Part shown: piece after piece, positions 20,135 through 30,121 of the stretch
Layout of the letters: the number at the start of each line of letters is the position of its first letter
How positions within the stretch are numbered: the first letter of the stretch is position 1
NCBI GenBank assembly: GCA_965202625.1
Contig: CBDBBI010000010.1
Location: 320,001-384,000 of the forward strand
Direction: 5' to 3'
Source: a bacterium
Lineage (GTDB): Bacteria; UBA8248
Length of the DNA stretch: 64,000 nucleotides
The notes under the pieces: generated by a model
Told to the model about the DNA's origin: nothing
The model's database searches: none
The model's input: the letters and a program-made list of their open reading frames with translations, nothing else
Translations under genes and position numbers: made by a program

Positions 20135-22414
20135 TTACTTCTCGAAAATTTGCTTCCTGAACCTCGGTGCCCTCTCTCCTTCGAGCACGCCGAGGAGGCT
20201 GAAGCCGAAAAAAACTTCTCTTTCGTCTTGCGTGTCGCTGAGAGTGAGTTCCAGCCCCCAGCAACATCCCCGGTAGAGTGCGCTGATGCTTTGCTCAAGC
20301 CTGGTGCTCTCCGTTCTGTTCAAGCGCGTAATGTATTCAAGGAATAGATTTCCGCCGATGGAGAACCCACCGGAGAAATTTAAAAAGCTGCTCCCCTCGC
20401 TTTTAGGGAAATCATTCCTCTGGCGCGTCCACGTCCGATCGACGTTAAGATACCAATTTTTGCCGCCATCAAGGAGGAAACCCGTCGAATGTTCGCTGAT
20501 TTCTGATTCGTATGGATTGTATTTGATCTCTTGTAGGAGGCGAACCCTGGGCGTGGGCCGAGATTCGAGTCGGAAGGTGATGTCGCTGAAAGGGCGCTTG
20601 GGTTTCGTGGATAGATTTTGTGTCCTTCGCTCCTCAGCGAAATCGTAGGTCTGGCTGATTCGGTAGCGAAACAACTGTGTCGTCTCTTCTCCTTCTTCTT
20701 TGAGCAGCTTCGTCAGTAAGCGGTTCACGAGCGCGTATTCGACGACGTTTTCGTCCTCAAGGGAATCCACCGCATCCAGTGGGATGATCAGGCGTCGGTC
20801 TTGCGCGTCGTGGTCCGGGCTGTATCGATACGTCGTCTCAAGCGACAGGATGTGCTTGAAATCTCGGAAGGGGCCGAGGTCTGCTTTGTAGATTCTGCTG
20901 TAGCGAGGGCCGACCGTGTGGAGCCTGGCGAACCACATTTCACGCGAGAGGCCCGATTCTGCCTGTTGCATGGAATCGGGGTTGTCGCCCACGCTCGCGT
21001 CCCTTTTCTGATGGGTCCAGTAGGTTTCGCGAAATCCGATTTCGGGCGTCACCTTTAACCAGGGGACCGTCTCTAGTTTAAGCGAAACGGACGGCTCGAC
21101 GTGGAGACGACCCAATTGAATCGTATTCTCTTCCTCGATTTTTCTGAAATGAACAGCAGAAGAGTCCAGGTTAAAGTAAAAATCGCTCGTTCCAAGACGC
21201 TTACTCTGAATGTCCAGGGTGATTTCTGGTTCCTTTTGAAATAGTTCCCCCTCGTTTTCGTTCAACCCTTCGCGTCGCCTCATTCCTACCTGAATCTGCC
21301 CGGAAATCTCGGGGAAGTTTTGCGTGAAAGTGAAGTGAGAGTCCGTATCCTGGCGCGTGCGAGCCAGCAAGTCGCTTTCGAGGGAACGGTCGATCGCCGG
21401 GCGTTTATCGAAGTCGAACACGGCGCGCAGATGCGCGTCTTTGAAACTGGTATGGTGGTAGCCTTTGACGTCCCAGAAGGCCGCTCGCTCGCTCTTGTCC
21501 TTCAAGTAGCGACCCGCTATCTCGCCGGATGTGTCTCGGCTCAGCGCGTAGCGGTATTCTCCCTTGTAGCGGATGCCGCGTTTGCTGAAATAGTCGAATC
21601 CAGCAGTGGCGTCTGACCAGTCGTTGATGGCCCAAAAGAATGAAGGGGAGAGCTCCAAGCCATCCTTGTCGCTAGAGCTGACGCCGAGGGGGAGAAAGCC
21701 GGTTGCTCTTTTCGTTTTTACTGGCAGGATGGCCCATGGAAAATATGCCGCCGGCGCGCCCTTGATCGTCACGGTCGGGGCGTGGAGTTGGGCGTAGCCC
21801 TCGACTTGAAAGGTGGCGCGCTTGAAGCCGAAGGCCCAATCCGGAAGATCGCCTTCGCACGTGGTAAAGGTGCCTCCCTGGATTTCGTATCGATCCTCGG
21901 ACAAGCGTCGCATCACTTGTCCCGTCAAGTAGTAAGTGGCGCCTATGAAGCCGCGCGCGTTGAATATGACCATACGCTCAGTATCGAGATTGAACTCGAT
22001 ATGGGTGGCCACGATACGGTCGTTTCTGGTTTGAAAGACGACGTTTCCCGTGGCAACGCCATCGCGCGTCGATGTTTGAACTTCAATATGGTCCGCTTGG
22101 ATCCTGTTGTCCAAATACCGAATGTCTGAAAATCCGCGGCCGATAATTCGCTGTCGTTCCCGATCTTCTCGTATCTGGTCGGCCGTGATGTCGATGGAAG
22201 CGTTGGGATCTCTGAAAACCCAGGGCTCCTCGTCGTTTTTTTGAGATGAGGCGGGCGCGGTTTGGTTTTGTGATCTGGGGGTGAATTGTGCCTCCGGGCA
22301 AGGAGGTTCCCAGAAAAGACTGAGGAGGAGAAAGATGAATGCGAAACGAAACGCTCGGGGTCTCAAAAAAGCGGCGACCTTTGATGCACTATGTAGCATG
22401 AGAACGATCGTCAT
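20135..22414 (-). CDS. lptD: LPS assembly protein LptD
   Basis: N-terminal beta-jellyroll (FTTC...W), LPVKTKRATGFL, long beta-barrel, YRGCCWG near C-terminus. Confidence 0.88.
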   Translation of the reverse strand: MTIVLMLHSASKVAAFLRPRAFRFAFIFLLLSLFWEPPCPEAQFTPRSQNQTAPASSQKNDEEPWVFRDPNASIDITADQIREDRERQRIIGRGFSDIRYLDNRIQADHIEVQTSTRDGVATGNVVFQTRNDRIVATHIEFNLDTERMVIFNARGFIGATYYLTGQVMRRLSEDRYEIQGGTFTTCEGDLPDWAFGFKRATFQVEGYAQLHAPTVTIKGAPAAYFPWAILPVKTKRATGFLPLGVSSSDKDGLELSPSFFWAINDWSDATAGFDYFSKRGIRYKGEYRYALSRDTSGEIAGRYLKDKSERAAFWDVKGYHHTSFKDAHLRAVFDFDKRPAIDRSLESDLLARTRQDTDSHFTFTQNFPEISGQIQVGMRRREGLNENEGELFQKEPEITLDIQSKRLGTSDFYFNLDSSAVHFRKIEEENTIQLGRLHVEPSVSLKLETVPWLKVTPEIGFRETYWTHQKRDASVGDNPDSMQQAESGLSREMWFARLHTVGPRYSRIYKADLGPFRDFKHILSLETTYRYSPDHDAQDRRLIIPLDAVDSLEDENVVEYALVNRLLTKLLKEEGEETTQLFRYRISQTYDFAEERRTQNLSTKPKRPFSDITFRLESRPTPRVRLLQEIKYNPYESEISEHSTGFLLDGGKNWYLNVDRTWTRQRNDFPKSEGSSFLNFSGGFSIGGNLFLEYITRLNRTESTRLEQSISALYRGCCWGLELTLSDTQDEREVFFGFSLLGVLEGERAPRFRKQIFEK

Positions 22415-22576
22415 CGTGATTTGCTGAAAATCTCTTGAACTTCAGAGGAACGTAGATTTGGGAAGACGGATTTTTAATGAACACGATTATGATGGGTATT
22501 TCATCAGATCGCAATCAGGGAAGCGATTGTGAAGAAAGGTCGCCGTCACAGATGCGGGAACGCGGACTGGGGAGGG

Positions 22577-23413
22577 CTACGCGGATTCGGGTTGTTTCTC
22601 CTCCAGGGCGCCTGGAGTGGGCGTTCGCTCTGCTTTTCGCCATCCCGCCACCATCCAAACGGGGCCGGAGGCGGCGTAGCCGGCGAATGCGAGACAGGCG
22701 ACTACCTGGGGGATCGCCGCTGCCACGAAAAGGGCCAGCACGACGCCGACGAGAACACGGAATGGTCTTTTGAGAGGCCCACTCAGACTCTTGAGGCTCT
22801 TGTAGCGAATGGAGCTCACCATCAGAAACGCTAGAATATAGCCGAGCGCTGCAATCATGGTGAGAGGGACATAGTCTTTGAGCGAAAAATCCTCCGCTAG
22901 ATATACGATGGACGCCAGTACACCGGCCGCCGCCGGTATGGGCAACCCTCTGAAGTCCAGAGAACCGCCGCCGGCTTGGGACAACACGTTGAAGCGCGCT
23001 AGCCGCAGAGCACCGCAGGCGGCGAATATGAACGTGGCGAGCCAGCCAATTCTCCCATAAGGAGCGAGAACCCAAGTATACATCATCACGGCCGGCGCGA
23101 TGCCGAAAGCCGTCAAATCGCACAACGAGTCGTATTGAAGCCCAAAAGCACTCGTGCTCTTCGTCAATCGTGCGACGGTCCCATCGAGTCCATCCAAAAC
23201 GATGGCGAGCAAGATGGCTAGGGAGGCCCATGTGAAATCTTCTTGGATCGAGGCGACGATAGCGTAGAAGCCAGCAAAGAGGCTCCCCGTCGTCAGCAGG
23301 TTGGGGACCAGAAATATCCCCCTCTGCAGGGAGCGTCTTCTGGCGCGGCGCTTTCTCCTGCGTGAGCGACGGCTGAATTTATTCCGTGGTCGCTCGGTTT
23401 CTTGCTCGTCCAA
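22577..23413 (-). CDS. pssA: CDP-diacylglycerol--serine O-phosphatidyltransferase
   Basis: PNLLTT, DGLDGTVAR...FGLQYDSLCD, ALRLARFN, GLPIPAAA; TTG start at 23413 chosen from upstream GGAGG. Confidence 0.95.
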   Translation of the reverse strand: MDEQETERPRNKFSRRSRRRKRRARRRSLQRGIFLVPNLLTTGSLFAGFYAIVASIQEDFTWASLAILLAIVLDGLDGTVARLTKSTSAFGLQYDSLCDLTAFGIAPAVMMYTWVLAPYGRIGWLATFIFAACGALRLARFNVLSQAGGGSLDFRGLPIPAAAGVLASIVYLAEDFSLKDYVPLTMIAALGYILAFLMVSSIRYKSLKSLSGPLKRPFRVLVGVVLALFVAAAIPQVVACLAFAGYAASGPVWMVAGWRKAERTPTPGALEEKQPESA

Positions 23414-24035
23414 GAATGGTTTCTCCTCCACGAACGCGCTCACCATACTCTACGGATATATCATACCCTCTAGGCAAGTAAAGGTCGGTTCGTGAGCCAA
23501 ACTGAATCAGCCCGAAGCGCTCTCCTGCACTTAAGGCGTCGCCCGCGTTGCGCCAGCAAACGATTCTGCGGGCCAGAACGCCGGCGATTTGCACGACTCT
23601 GAAATTATCCCCCGCGTTCGTTTCGATTTCTAAGGTATTTTGCTCGTTCACGTTTGAGGCGTCCTCTTTATAGGCGGCCATGAATCTGCCCTTTCGATAA
23701 TGTATGTTCGCTATTTTTCCCTCCACGGGCGATCTGTTGATGTGAACGTCCAGAGGGGAGAGAAAAATCCGCACTACGCCTCTGCCCTCCTCCGTGGAAG
23801 CGACCTCCACGATTCGGCCATCCGCAGGGGAGAGAACGGCGCCCGGCTCATCGGGCGGGGTGCGATGGGGATCTCTGAAAAAAGCGGCCACGCTCGCCGC
23901 CAGCCCAAAAGAGAGAATCGCCCATGTCCATCCCCCTAGGAAGATAGCGATGAGGCCAATGACCAACAAGCCCGACACGTAGCCCCAACCCTCTCTCGCG
24001 ATGAATGATCTGTGGGAGTCATTTTTCTTTCTCAT
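23379..24035 (-). CDS. psd: Phosphatidylserine decarboxylase proenzyme
   Basis: FFRDP, SPADG, IFLSPLDVHINRSP, FGSRTD autocleavage motif. Confidence 0.96.
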   Translation of the reverse strand: MRKKNDSHRSFIAREGWGYVSGLLVIGLIAIFLGGWTWAILSFGLAASVAAFFRDPHRTPPDEPGAVLSPADGRIVEVASTEEGRGVVRIFLSPLDVHINRSPVEGKIANIHYRKGRFMAAYKEDASNVNEQNTLEIETNAGDNFRVVQIAGVLARRIVCWRNAGDALSAGERFGLIQFGSRTDLYLPRGYDISVEYGERVRGGETILGRARNRATTE

Positions 24036-24037
24036 GG

Positions 24038-24571
24038 TTAATTTTTCGCGCCTTTGAGGGTTTTGGCCCCTCGGGTGAGGGCGACTTTGCCCGTGCGGGC
24101 GATCTCCTTGATGCCGAATGGATGAAGCAAATTTAAAATGGCTTGGATTTTCCCCTCGTCTCCGGTGACTTCGGTCGTCATTGTGTTGGAGGACACGTCG
24201 ACGACGCGCCCGCGGAAAACGTCGACGATTTGAAAGATGTCCGGGCGCGAGGATTTTGGTGCCGAAACCTTAATGAGAATCATCTCGCGCTCGACGCTTT
24301 CCGATTCGCCCATGTCCATCACCTTAAAGGTGTCGATGAGCTTGCTGAGGTGCTTACGGATCTGTTCGAGGATTTTTTCGTCTCCGCGCGTGACGAGGGT
24401 GATTCGAGATACGCTCGGGTCTTGCGTCACGCCCACGCAGAGGCTGTCGATGTTGTAACCCCGAGCACTGAAGAGACTCGCCACCTTCGCGAGAACGCCA
24501 AATTTGTTCTCTACCAAAACCGCTATCGTGTGCGTCTCGTTCGCGTCGATTTTGTTTGATCCTTTTGACAT
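24038..24571 (-). CDS. ilvN: Acetolactate synthase small (regulatory) subunit, copy 1
   Basis: ACT domain LVENKFGVL...RGYNIDSL, EIARTG; ATG overlaps upstream TAA. Confidence 0.95.
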   Translation of the reverse strand: MSKGSNKIDANETHTIAVLVENKFGVLAKVASLFSARGYNIDSLCVGVTQDPSVSRITLVTRGDEKILEQIRKHLSKLIDTFKVMDMGESESVEREMILIKVSAPKSSRPDIFQIVDVFRGRVVDVSSNTMTTEVTGDEGKIQAILNLLHPFGIKEIARTGKVALTRGAKTLKGAKN

Positions 24572-25074
24572 TATGAGATGGGCTCCCAATCCGCGGGCAT
24601 CCCGTCGTAGGGGAGCGAGATCATGCCCGTGCGCGCCATTTGTGTTATCCCGTAGCTCTCGAATGCCTTGATGAGGGTTCGTACCTTATGGTCGTTGCCG
24701 CTCGCCTCGAGCGTGACGGTATCGTCGGTTACGTTGATCACCTGCGCACCGAACGCGTTGGCAAGCTGGATGACTTCGCTTCTCTTGCTGATGGGTACGT
24801 TGATCGTCGTGAGAACGAGCTCGCGCGTGACGGCCTGGTTGTAGGATATTTGCTCAACCTCGCGCACGTCGTAGAGCTTGCGGAGCTGCTTGGCGATCTG
24901 GTCGAGTTCGTTTTCCTCGCCGATGGCGACGATGACGATGCGCGTTATCTTGTTGTTCTCCGTCGGTCCGGCCGCGATGCTCTCGATGTTGTATCCGCGC
25001 CGCGTGAAGAGACCGGCCACGTGGGAGAGCACGCCCGCGTGGTTGTTGACGAGAATGGAGTAGACCTGTCTCAT
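24571..25074 (-). CDS. ilvN: Acetolactate synthase small subunit, copy 2
   Basis: LVNNHAGVL...RGYNIESI, KQLRKLYDV, MARTG. Confidence 0.93.
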   Translation of the reverse strand: MRQVYSILVNNHAGVLSHVAGLFTRRGYNIESIAAGPTENNKITRIVIVAIGEENELDQIAKQLRKLYDVREVEQISYNQAVTRELVLTTINVPISKRSEVIQLANAFGAQVINVTDDTVTLEASGNDHKVRTLIKAFESYGITQMARTGMISLPYDGMPADWEPIS

Positions 25075-26771
25075 GGCTTCGCTTCTTTCGAGGGCGGCGC
25101 GAGCTGCATCTCATCGTTTCCCGCGCCGGCTGGAACCATTGGCCAAACATTTTCCTCTTTGTTGACGATGAAGTTCAGGACGGCCGGGCCATCGTGCGCA
25201 GTCGCCGCTTCGAGCGCGTCGCGCACTTCATCCACCTCCTCGACGTGGACGCCCTTCACGCCGTAACCCTCAGCGATGGCGGCGAAGTCCGGGTTTTCCG
25301 GATAATGTGAGTGCGCGTAGCGTTTCTCAAAGAACAGCTCTTGCCATTGGCGGACCATTCCAAGATACGCATTGTTCAGGATAGCGACTTTCACGGGAAC
25401 ATTATAGGTTGCCGCTGTGGCGAGTTCGACGAGCGTCATCGCGAAACTACCGTCCCCGTCGATGAGCCAGACGTCTTTCTCCGGACGGGCGAATTTCGCA
25501 CCGATAGCGGCGGGAAGGCCAAAACCCATCGTGCCGAGTCCGCCGGAGGTAACCCACGCCCTGGGCGCGTTGAAACGGATAAACTGCGCTGCCCACATCT
25601 GGTGCTGGCCCACGCCGGTAACATAAATGCCGTCGCCTTCGGTGAGCTCCTGAATCTGATCGATCACGTATTGGGGCTTTATGGTGCCATCCGCGTCGTA
25701 TTGCAGGGGATAGTCCTTTTTCCAGCTCATGCAGGTCTCTCGCCACTCCTCGTAATCGCGGCCGCCAGGCGTCAAGCACTGATTCAACGCGACCAGCACG
25801 TCGCGCGCGTTTCCGACAATCGGAATGTGGGCGTGCACCCGCTTGTTAATCTCGGCGGCGTCGATGTCGATGTGTGCGATGACCGCTCTGGGACAAAAGC
25901 TCGATACCTTGCCCGTCACGCGGTCGTCGAACCGGGCGCCTAGATTGATGAGCAAATCGCATTCACAGAGGGCGAAATTCGCATAGGCGGTGCCGTGCAT
26001 CCCCGGCATCCCCAGGAATAAGTCGTCCGTTCCGGGAAAGCCTCCGAGCCCCAGCAACGTGTTGATGACCGGAATCCCCGCGGTTCTCGCGAATTTCGTG
26101 AGTTCGGCGGACGCTTCGGACTTGATGATGCCGGCGCCGCCGATGATGACGGGCCGCTCGGCCAGCTCCATCGCTTCGAGTAGTTTGTCGATTCCCTCTG
26201 TATCGAGTTCCGGGTGCGCTTCGGGGGTTGGAAGCGAGGCTTCTGCGGATTTTTGAGGGACGTATTCCGTTTTGGCTATTTGGATGTCCTTTGGAAAATC
26301 AAGTAAAACGGGGCCGGGGCGTCCCGTTGTCGCCACGCGAATCGCTTCGCGCGCGACACGCTGAATTTCCCGAACATCCTTGATGAGCCAGTTGAATTTG
26401 GTGACGGGAATGGAGCAGCCATACATGTCGGCTTCCTGAAAAGCGTCGGTGCCGATCATGCCGGTCGCCACTTGGCCCGTGATGGCGATGAGCGGCACGG
26501 AGTCCATCTGGGCGTTGGCGAGCCCGGTGATGAGGTTCGTGGCCCCGGGGCCGGACGTAGTGACCACAGCGGCCACCTTGCCGCTCACGCGTGCGTATCC
26601 ATCTGCCATGTGGGTGGCGCCCTGCTCGTGCCGGGTGAGAATATGGGGAAAGTCCGACTTCATGAGTTCATCGTAGAAGGGCATGATGGCGCCGCCTGGA
26701 ATGCCAAAAGCCATCTCCACGCCAGCCGCCTTCAACTCTTCAATGAGGATTTGCGATCCATTGCGCTCCAC
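25071..26771 (-). CDS. ilvB: Acetolactate synthase large subunit, copy 2
   Basis: RHEQG, TSGPGATN, AFQE, RFDDRVTG, GDGSF...NN, LGMVRQWQ. Confidence 0.95.
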   Translation of the reverse strand: MERNGSQILIEELKAAGVEMAFGIPGGAIMPFYDELMKSDFPHILTRHEQGATHMADGYARVSGKVAAVVTTSGPGATNLITGLANAQMDSVPLIAITGQVATGMIGTDAFQEADMYGCSIPVTKFNWLIKDVREIQRVAREAIRVATTGRPGPVLLDFPKDIQIAKTEYVPQKSAEASLPTPEAHPELDTEGIDKLLEAMELAERPVIIGGAGIIKSEASAELTKFARTAGIPVINTLLGLGGFPGTDDLFLGMPGMHGTAYANFALCECDLLINLGARFDDRVTGKVSSFCPRAVIAHIDIDAAEINKRVHAHIPIVGNARDVLVALNQCLTPGGRDYEEWRETCMSWKKDYPLQYDADGTIKPQYVIDQIQELTEGDGIYVTGVGQHQMWAAQFIRFNAPRAWVTSGGLGTMGFGLPAAIGAKFARPEKDVWLIDGDGSFAMTLVELATAATYNVPVKVAILNNAYLGMVRQWQELFFEKRYAHSHYPENPDFAAIAEGYGVKGVHVEEVDEVRDALEAATAHDGPAVLNFIVNKEENVWPMVPAGAGNDEMQLAPPSKEAKP

Positions 26772-26782
26772 GGGCGAACCTC

Positions 26783-28567
26783 CTAGTTATCGGGCAAGGC
26801 GCTGAACTTGCCGCGAAGAATCTTTTTGCGACTGTCCCGAATGATCATATCTTTCGTCGCCCCGCCTGCAGGCACCATGGGGAACACCAGTTCGTCAGGG
26901 TCAACGATCACGTCTAAAATATATGGACCTGGCGTAGTGATCATTTCCTGAACAGCGGGTCTGAGGTCTTTCTTGTCCACAACCCGCCGGCCGCCGGCGC
27001 CGAACGCCTCGGCGAGCTTGACGTAGTCGGGTGAGGAGTCGAAATCCACTTCGCTGAAGCGCCTGTCCATGAACAAATCTTGCCATTGGCGAACCATGCC
27101 CAGCGTAGCGTTGTTCAGCAGGAACACTTTGACGGGGATGTCATATTGGACGGCCGTAGCGATTTCCTGCATCACCATCTGAAAGCTACCGTCGCCGGCG
27201 ATGTCGATGGCGAGCTTGTCGGGTCTCGCCAGCGCGGCGCCGATCGCCGCGGGAAAGCCAAACCCCATTGTTCCGAGGCCGCCGGAGGAGATGAACTGAC
27301 GCGGGAAGGTGAAGTTATAGAACTGGGCGGCCCACATCTGGTGTTGCCCCACCTCGGTGGTGATGATGGCCTTCTCGCCCACCTCCTCGCTTAAGGCGAG
27401 AATCGCCTCTTGAGGTTTGATCGGCGTGCCCTCTGGGGAGTCGAAGGTGAGCGGATATTCCGCTCTGAGGTTTTGTGTCCGCTTTTTCCACAAGGGGCGT
27501 TTTTGGGGCTTGACGAGTGTATTGATCTCGGCGAGCACCTGGCGCGCGTCCCCAACTACTGGAATGTCCGCGGCCTTGTTCTTGCCGATGGCCGTGGGGT
27601 CGATGTCGATGTGAATGATTTTCGCGCGGGTGGCGAATTCCGATACCTTTCCGGTGACGCGATCGTCAAATCTCGCGCCGACGGCGATGAGTAGATCGCA
27701 CTCCATGGTCGCGTAGTTGGCGTATGCCGTCCCGTGCATCCCGAGCATCCCTAAGCAGAGCGGATGGGCGCTCGGAAAGGCACCTGCGCCCAGTAGGGTA
27801 TAAGTTACGGGAATCTCCGCCGCCTCCGCCAGCTTGACGATTTCCGAATGTGCCTCTGCGTGGATGGCGCCGCCGCCCACGTAGAGCAGGGGCTGTTTGG
27901 ATTCCTTAATGGCTTCAGCCACGCGCTGAATTTGCCTGGGGTGTCCCCTCGTCGTGGGCTTGTAGCCGCGCAGCTCCACCTTTTCAGGGAGCTGGTAGTT
28001 TCCATCGCCAAGGAGGACGTCTTTGGGCAGATCGACGAGGACGGGGCCGGGCCTTCCCGTGCGCGCGATATAGAAAGCCTCCTGAATCGTCTCAGCGAGC
28101 TGGTCCGTACTCTTCACCAGATAATTGTGTTTGGTGATGGTTCTCGTCATACCCACGATGTCGGCTTCCTGGAAGGCGTCGTTGCCTACCATTGAGGTGG
28201 CGACCTGTCCCGTGAAGCACACGATGGGAATCGAATCCATATAGGCGTCTGTAATGCCCGTGATGAGGTTTGTGGCGCCCGGTCCGGAGGTGGTGAGGCA
28301 TACGCCGACTTCACCGCTGGCGCGCGCGTAGCCTTCCGCCATGTGCGCGGCGCACTGCTCATGTCGGATGAGCAAATGCTTGATTTTGCTTCTTCTGAGA
28401 AATAGGTCCAAAACCGTAAGAAGTATAGCGCCCGGGTGCCCGAAGACGTATTTCACTTCCTCACGCTCGAGGCTGCGGTAGATGATCTCAGCGCCCGGAA
28501 TTTTTTTTGGTTTCAGGTTCTGCGGTTTTTTTGAAGTGGGTTTTTTTGTTTTAGTCGCCATGGCCAT
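26783..28567 (-). CDS. ilvB: Acetolactate synthase large subunit, copy 1
   Basis: RHEQ, TSGPGATN, AFQEAD, GMLGMHG, GDGSFQM, LGMVRQWQ. Confidence 0.96.
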   Translation of the reverse strand: MAMATKTKKPTSKKPQNLKPKKIPGAEIIYRSLEREEVKYVFGHPGAILLTVLDLFLRRSKIKHLLIRHEQCAAHMAEGYARASGEVGVCLTTSGPGATNLITGITDAYMDSIPIVCFTGQVATSMVGNDAFQEADIVGMTRTITKHNYLVKSTDQLAETIQEAFYIARTGRPGPVLVDLPKDVLLGDGNYQLPEKVELRGYKPTTRGHPRQIQRVAEAIKESKQPLLYVGGGAIHAEAHSEIVKLAEAAEIPVTYTLLGAGAFPSAHPLCLGMLGMHGTAYANYATMECDLLIAVGARFDDRVTGKVSEFATRAKIIHIDIDPTAIGKNKAADIPVVGDARQVLAEINTLVKPQKRPLWKKRTQNLRAEYPLTFDSPEGTPIKPQEAILALSEEVGEKAIITTEVGQHQMWAAQFYNFTFPRQFISSGGLGTMGFGFPAAIGAALARPDKLAIDIAGDGSFQMVMQEIATAVQYDIPVKVFLLNNATLGMVRQWQDLFMDRRFSEVDFDSSPDYVKLAEAFGAGGRRVVDKKDLRPAVQEMITTPGPYILDVIVDPDELVFPMVPAGGATKDMIIRDSRKKILRGKFSALPDN

Positions 28568-28618
28568 TCCCTCTCAACCAGTTGAGTTCGCTCTCATTCT
28601 GGCAATGAAGTCGATCCG

Positions 28619-28640
28619 AAAAAAGCCGATGATGCCGGCT
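28619..28640 (-). terminator. Intrinsic-terminator-like hairpin in ilvB leader (possible attenuator)
   Basis: Minus strand AGCCGG-CATCA-TCGGCT running into a T6 tract, about 50 nt upstream of ilvB start. Confidence 0.5.
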
Positions 28641-29021
28641 GGTCGTCAACGAGAAATCAGGGGACGGCGTGCAAGGGTACACCGCCCCCCGCTTACGCCA
28701 GACTCCTTATTCCGCAACGTTTCTTCCGGACCCATATGGCCGCATTCCATATTGTAGTGTTCAGACACAAACTTGCAAAGACGGTCCAAAACATGTCTAG
28801 GCGAATTACTCCACCTTTTAATGCTTTAGGTGGGAAGCAAGAAATATTAGCGCATGTTTTCCATTCCGGGTCAAGGGGGAAACCGGACAATTTTTCATTG
28901 TAATGATCGAGCGTATTTCACCGGGCACGTCGGGTGGAATGCCGATTTTCAGTAATCTCTAATGGCTGAGGCGGGGTTCGTCGCTCACGACGCCTCAGGA
29001 TAGTAGCAAAACGCCGGATTT

Positions 29022-29228
29022 TCAGTTGTTTTCCAATGTCTTCAATTGCGTCTTGACCGCGAGTTTCTCCTTTTTGAGCGATTTGATCTGCCGTTGCTCT
29101 TCCTGGGATGGGAATCGGATGTTTTCGAGAGCGAGAATTTTTTCATCTAAAACGGCGTGGTCTTTTTTCAGGTGCGCGATTTCATTGGCCACATTCAGTG
29201 CTTCCTCCACCTTTTCGGTTGTCTCCAA
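29022..29228 (-). CDS. DUF465/YdcH family small coiled-coil protein
   Basis: LKKDHAVLDEKI...LKKEKLAVK pattern; TTG start after GGAGGT. Confidence 0.85.
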   Translation of the reverse strand: METTEKVEEALNVANEIAHLKKDHAVLDEKILALENIRFPSQEEQRQIKSLKKEKLAVKTQLKTLENN

Positions 29229-29344
29229 TTCAAAACCTCCTCTGGAAGTTGAGTTCAATGGCTGGCTAGGGGTTCAGTTTCCCACGCCCTTTCGCACGCT
29301 TGACGATGAATAAGCGTTAAATCTACGAGATATTACGCTTGGAA

Positions 29345-30106
29345 TCAACCTTGCAGGTCCGCCCATTTGGTTTGCGCTTGCGGTTTTCGACAATAGTTTA
29401 GCGTGACGTTCGAGTCGGACGGGGAGGTTTGGTTCTCGATCGCCCTGCGAGTGAGCCATGCGGCCGCAATGGCCGAGGAATCCATTTCATGGTGGATGAT
29501 TGCCCCTCCTGAGACGCTAGGTGCAAGAGTTTCCGGCAGCTCTTCCTTTTTTCCCACGATAAGCGTATGCCCATCCTCCGGAAGGCGAAATTCGTCTCGC
29601 GTGACGATTTCATCTGCCTGGACGCGTAAAAGGCGACTTGCCAGAGGGCGCCTCGGGTTTTGGGATATTCGAAATAAGGCGGTGAACATCTCGCCATGCC
29701 TCGCGTCTCGATAGGGAAGAAAATAGTCGGGGGATTCCTGCTGCGCCCACGGTGCGTGGAGCAGGGTGTCCATCGCCATGATTTCCAAAGATGAAAAGCC
29801 GTATAGCGGGCGCTTTAAGCCCAGGGATAGTCCTTTCGCGCAAGAAAGTCCCACTCGAAGCCCGGTAAAGGTCCCGGGACCGATGCTCACCCCGATGGCC
29901 TGTATCGTCCCTGGGGAGATGTTCTTTGAATTCAAGAGTGCTGCTATTTGGGGCAAAAGCGTTTTGGAGATGCGGATTTCTTCTGTGAGAAGCGCCTCCT
30001 CCGCGTTTCCCGTTGCGCTTAGAAGCGCGCACTTTCCGCTCGGCGTCGAGGTATCGAAGGACATGATATATGAGGTTTGTGATTTCAAGGTTCGGGGTCT
30101 CATCAC
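29345..30106 (-). CDS. tsaB: tRNA threonylcarbamoyladenosine biosynthesis protein TsaB
   Basis: FDTST, GPGTFTGLRVG, DARHGE, C-terminal NYCR. Confidence 0.93.
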   Translation of the reverse strand: MMRPRTLKSQTSYIMSFDTSTPSGKCALLSATGNAEEALLTEEIRISKTLLPQIAALLNSKNISPGTIQAIGVSIGPGTFTGLRVGLSCAKGLSLGLKRPLYGFSSLEIMAMDTLLHAPWAQQESPDYFLPYRDARHGEMFTALFRISQNPRRPLASRLLRVQADEIVTRDEFRLPEDGHTLIVGKKEELPETLAPSVSGGAIIHHEMDSSAIAAAWLTRRAIENQTSPSDSNVTLNYCRKPQAQTKWADLQG

Positions 30107-30121
30107 GCAGCCACGCGCACT

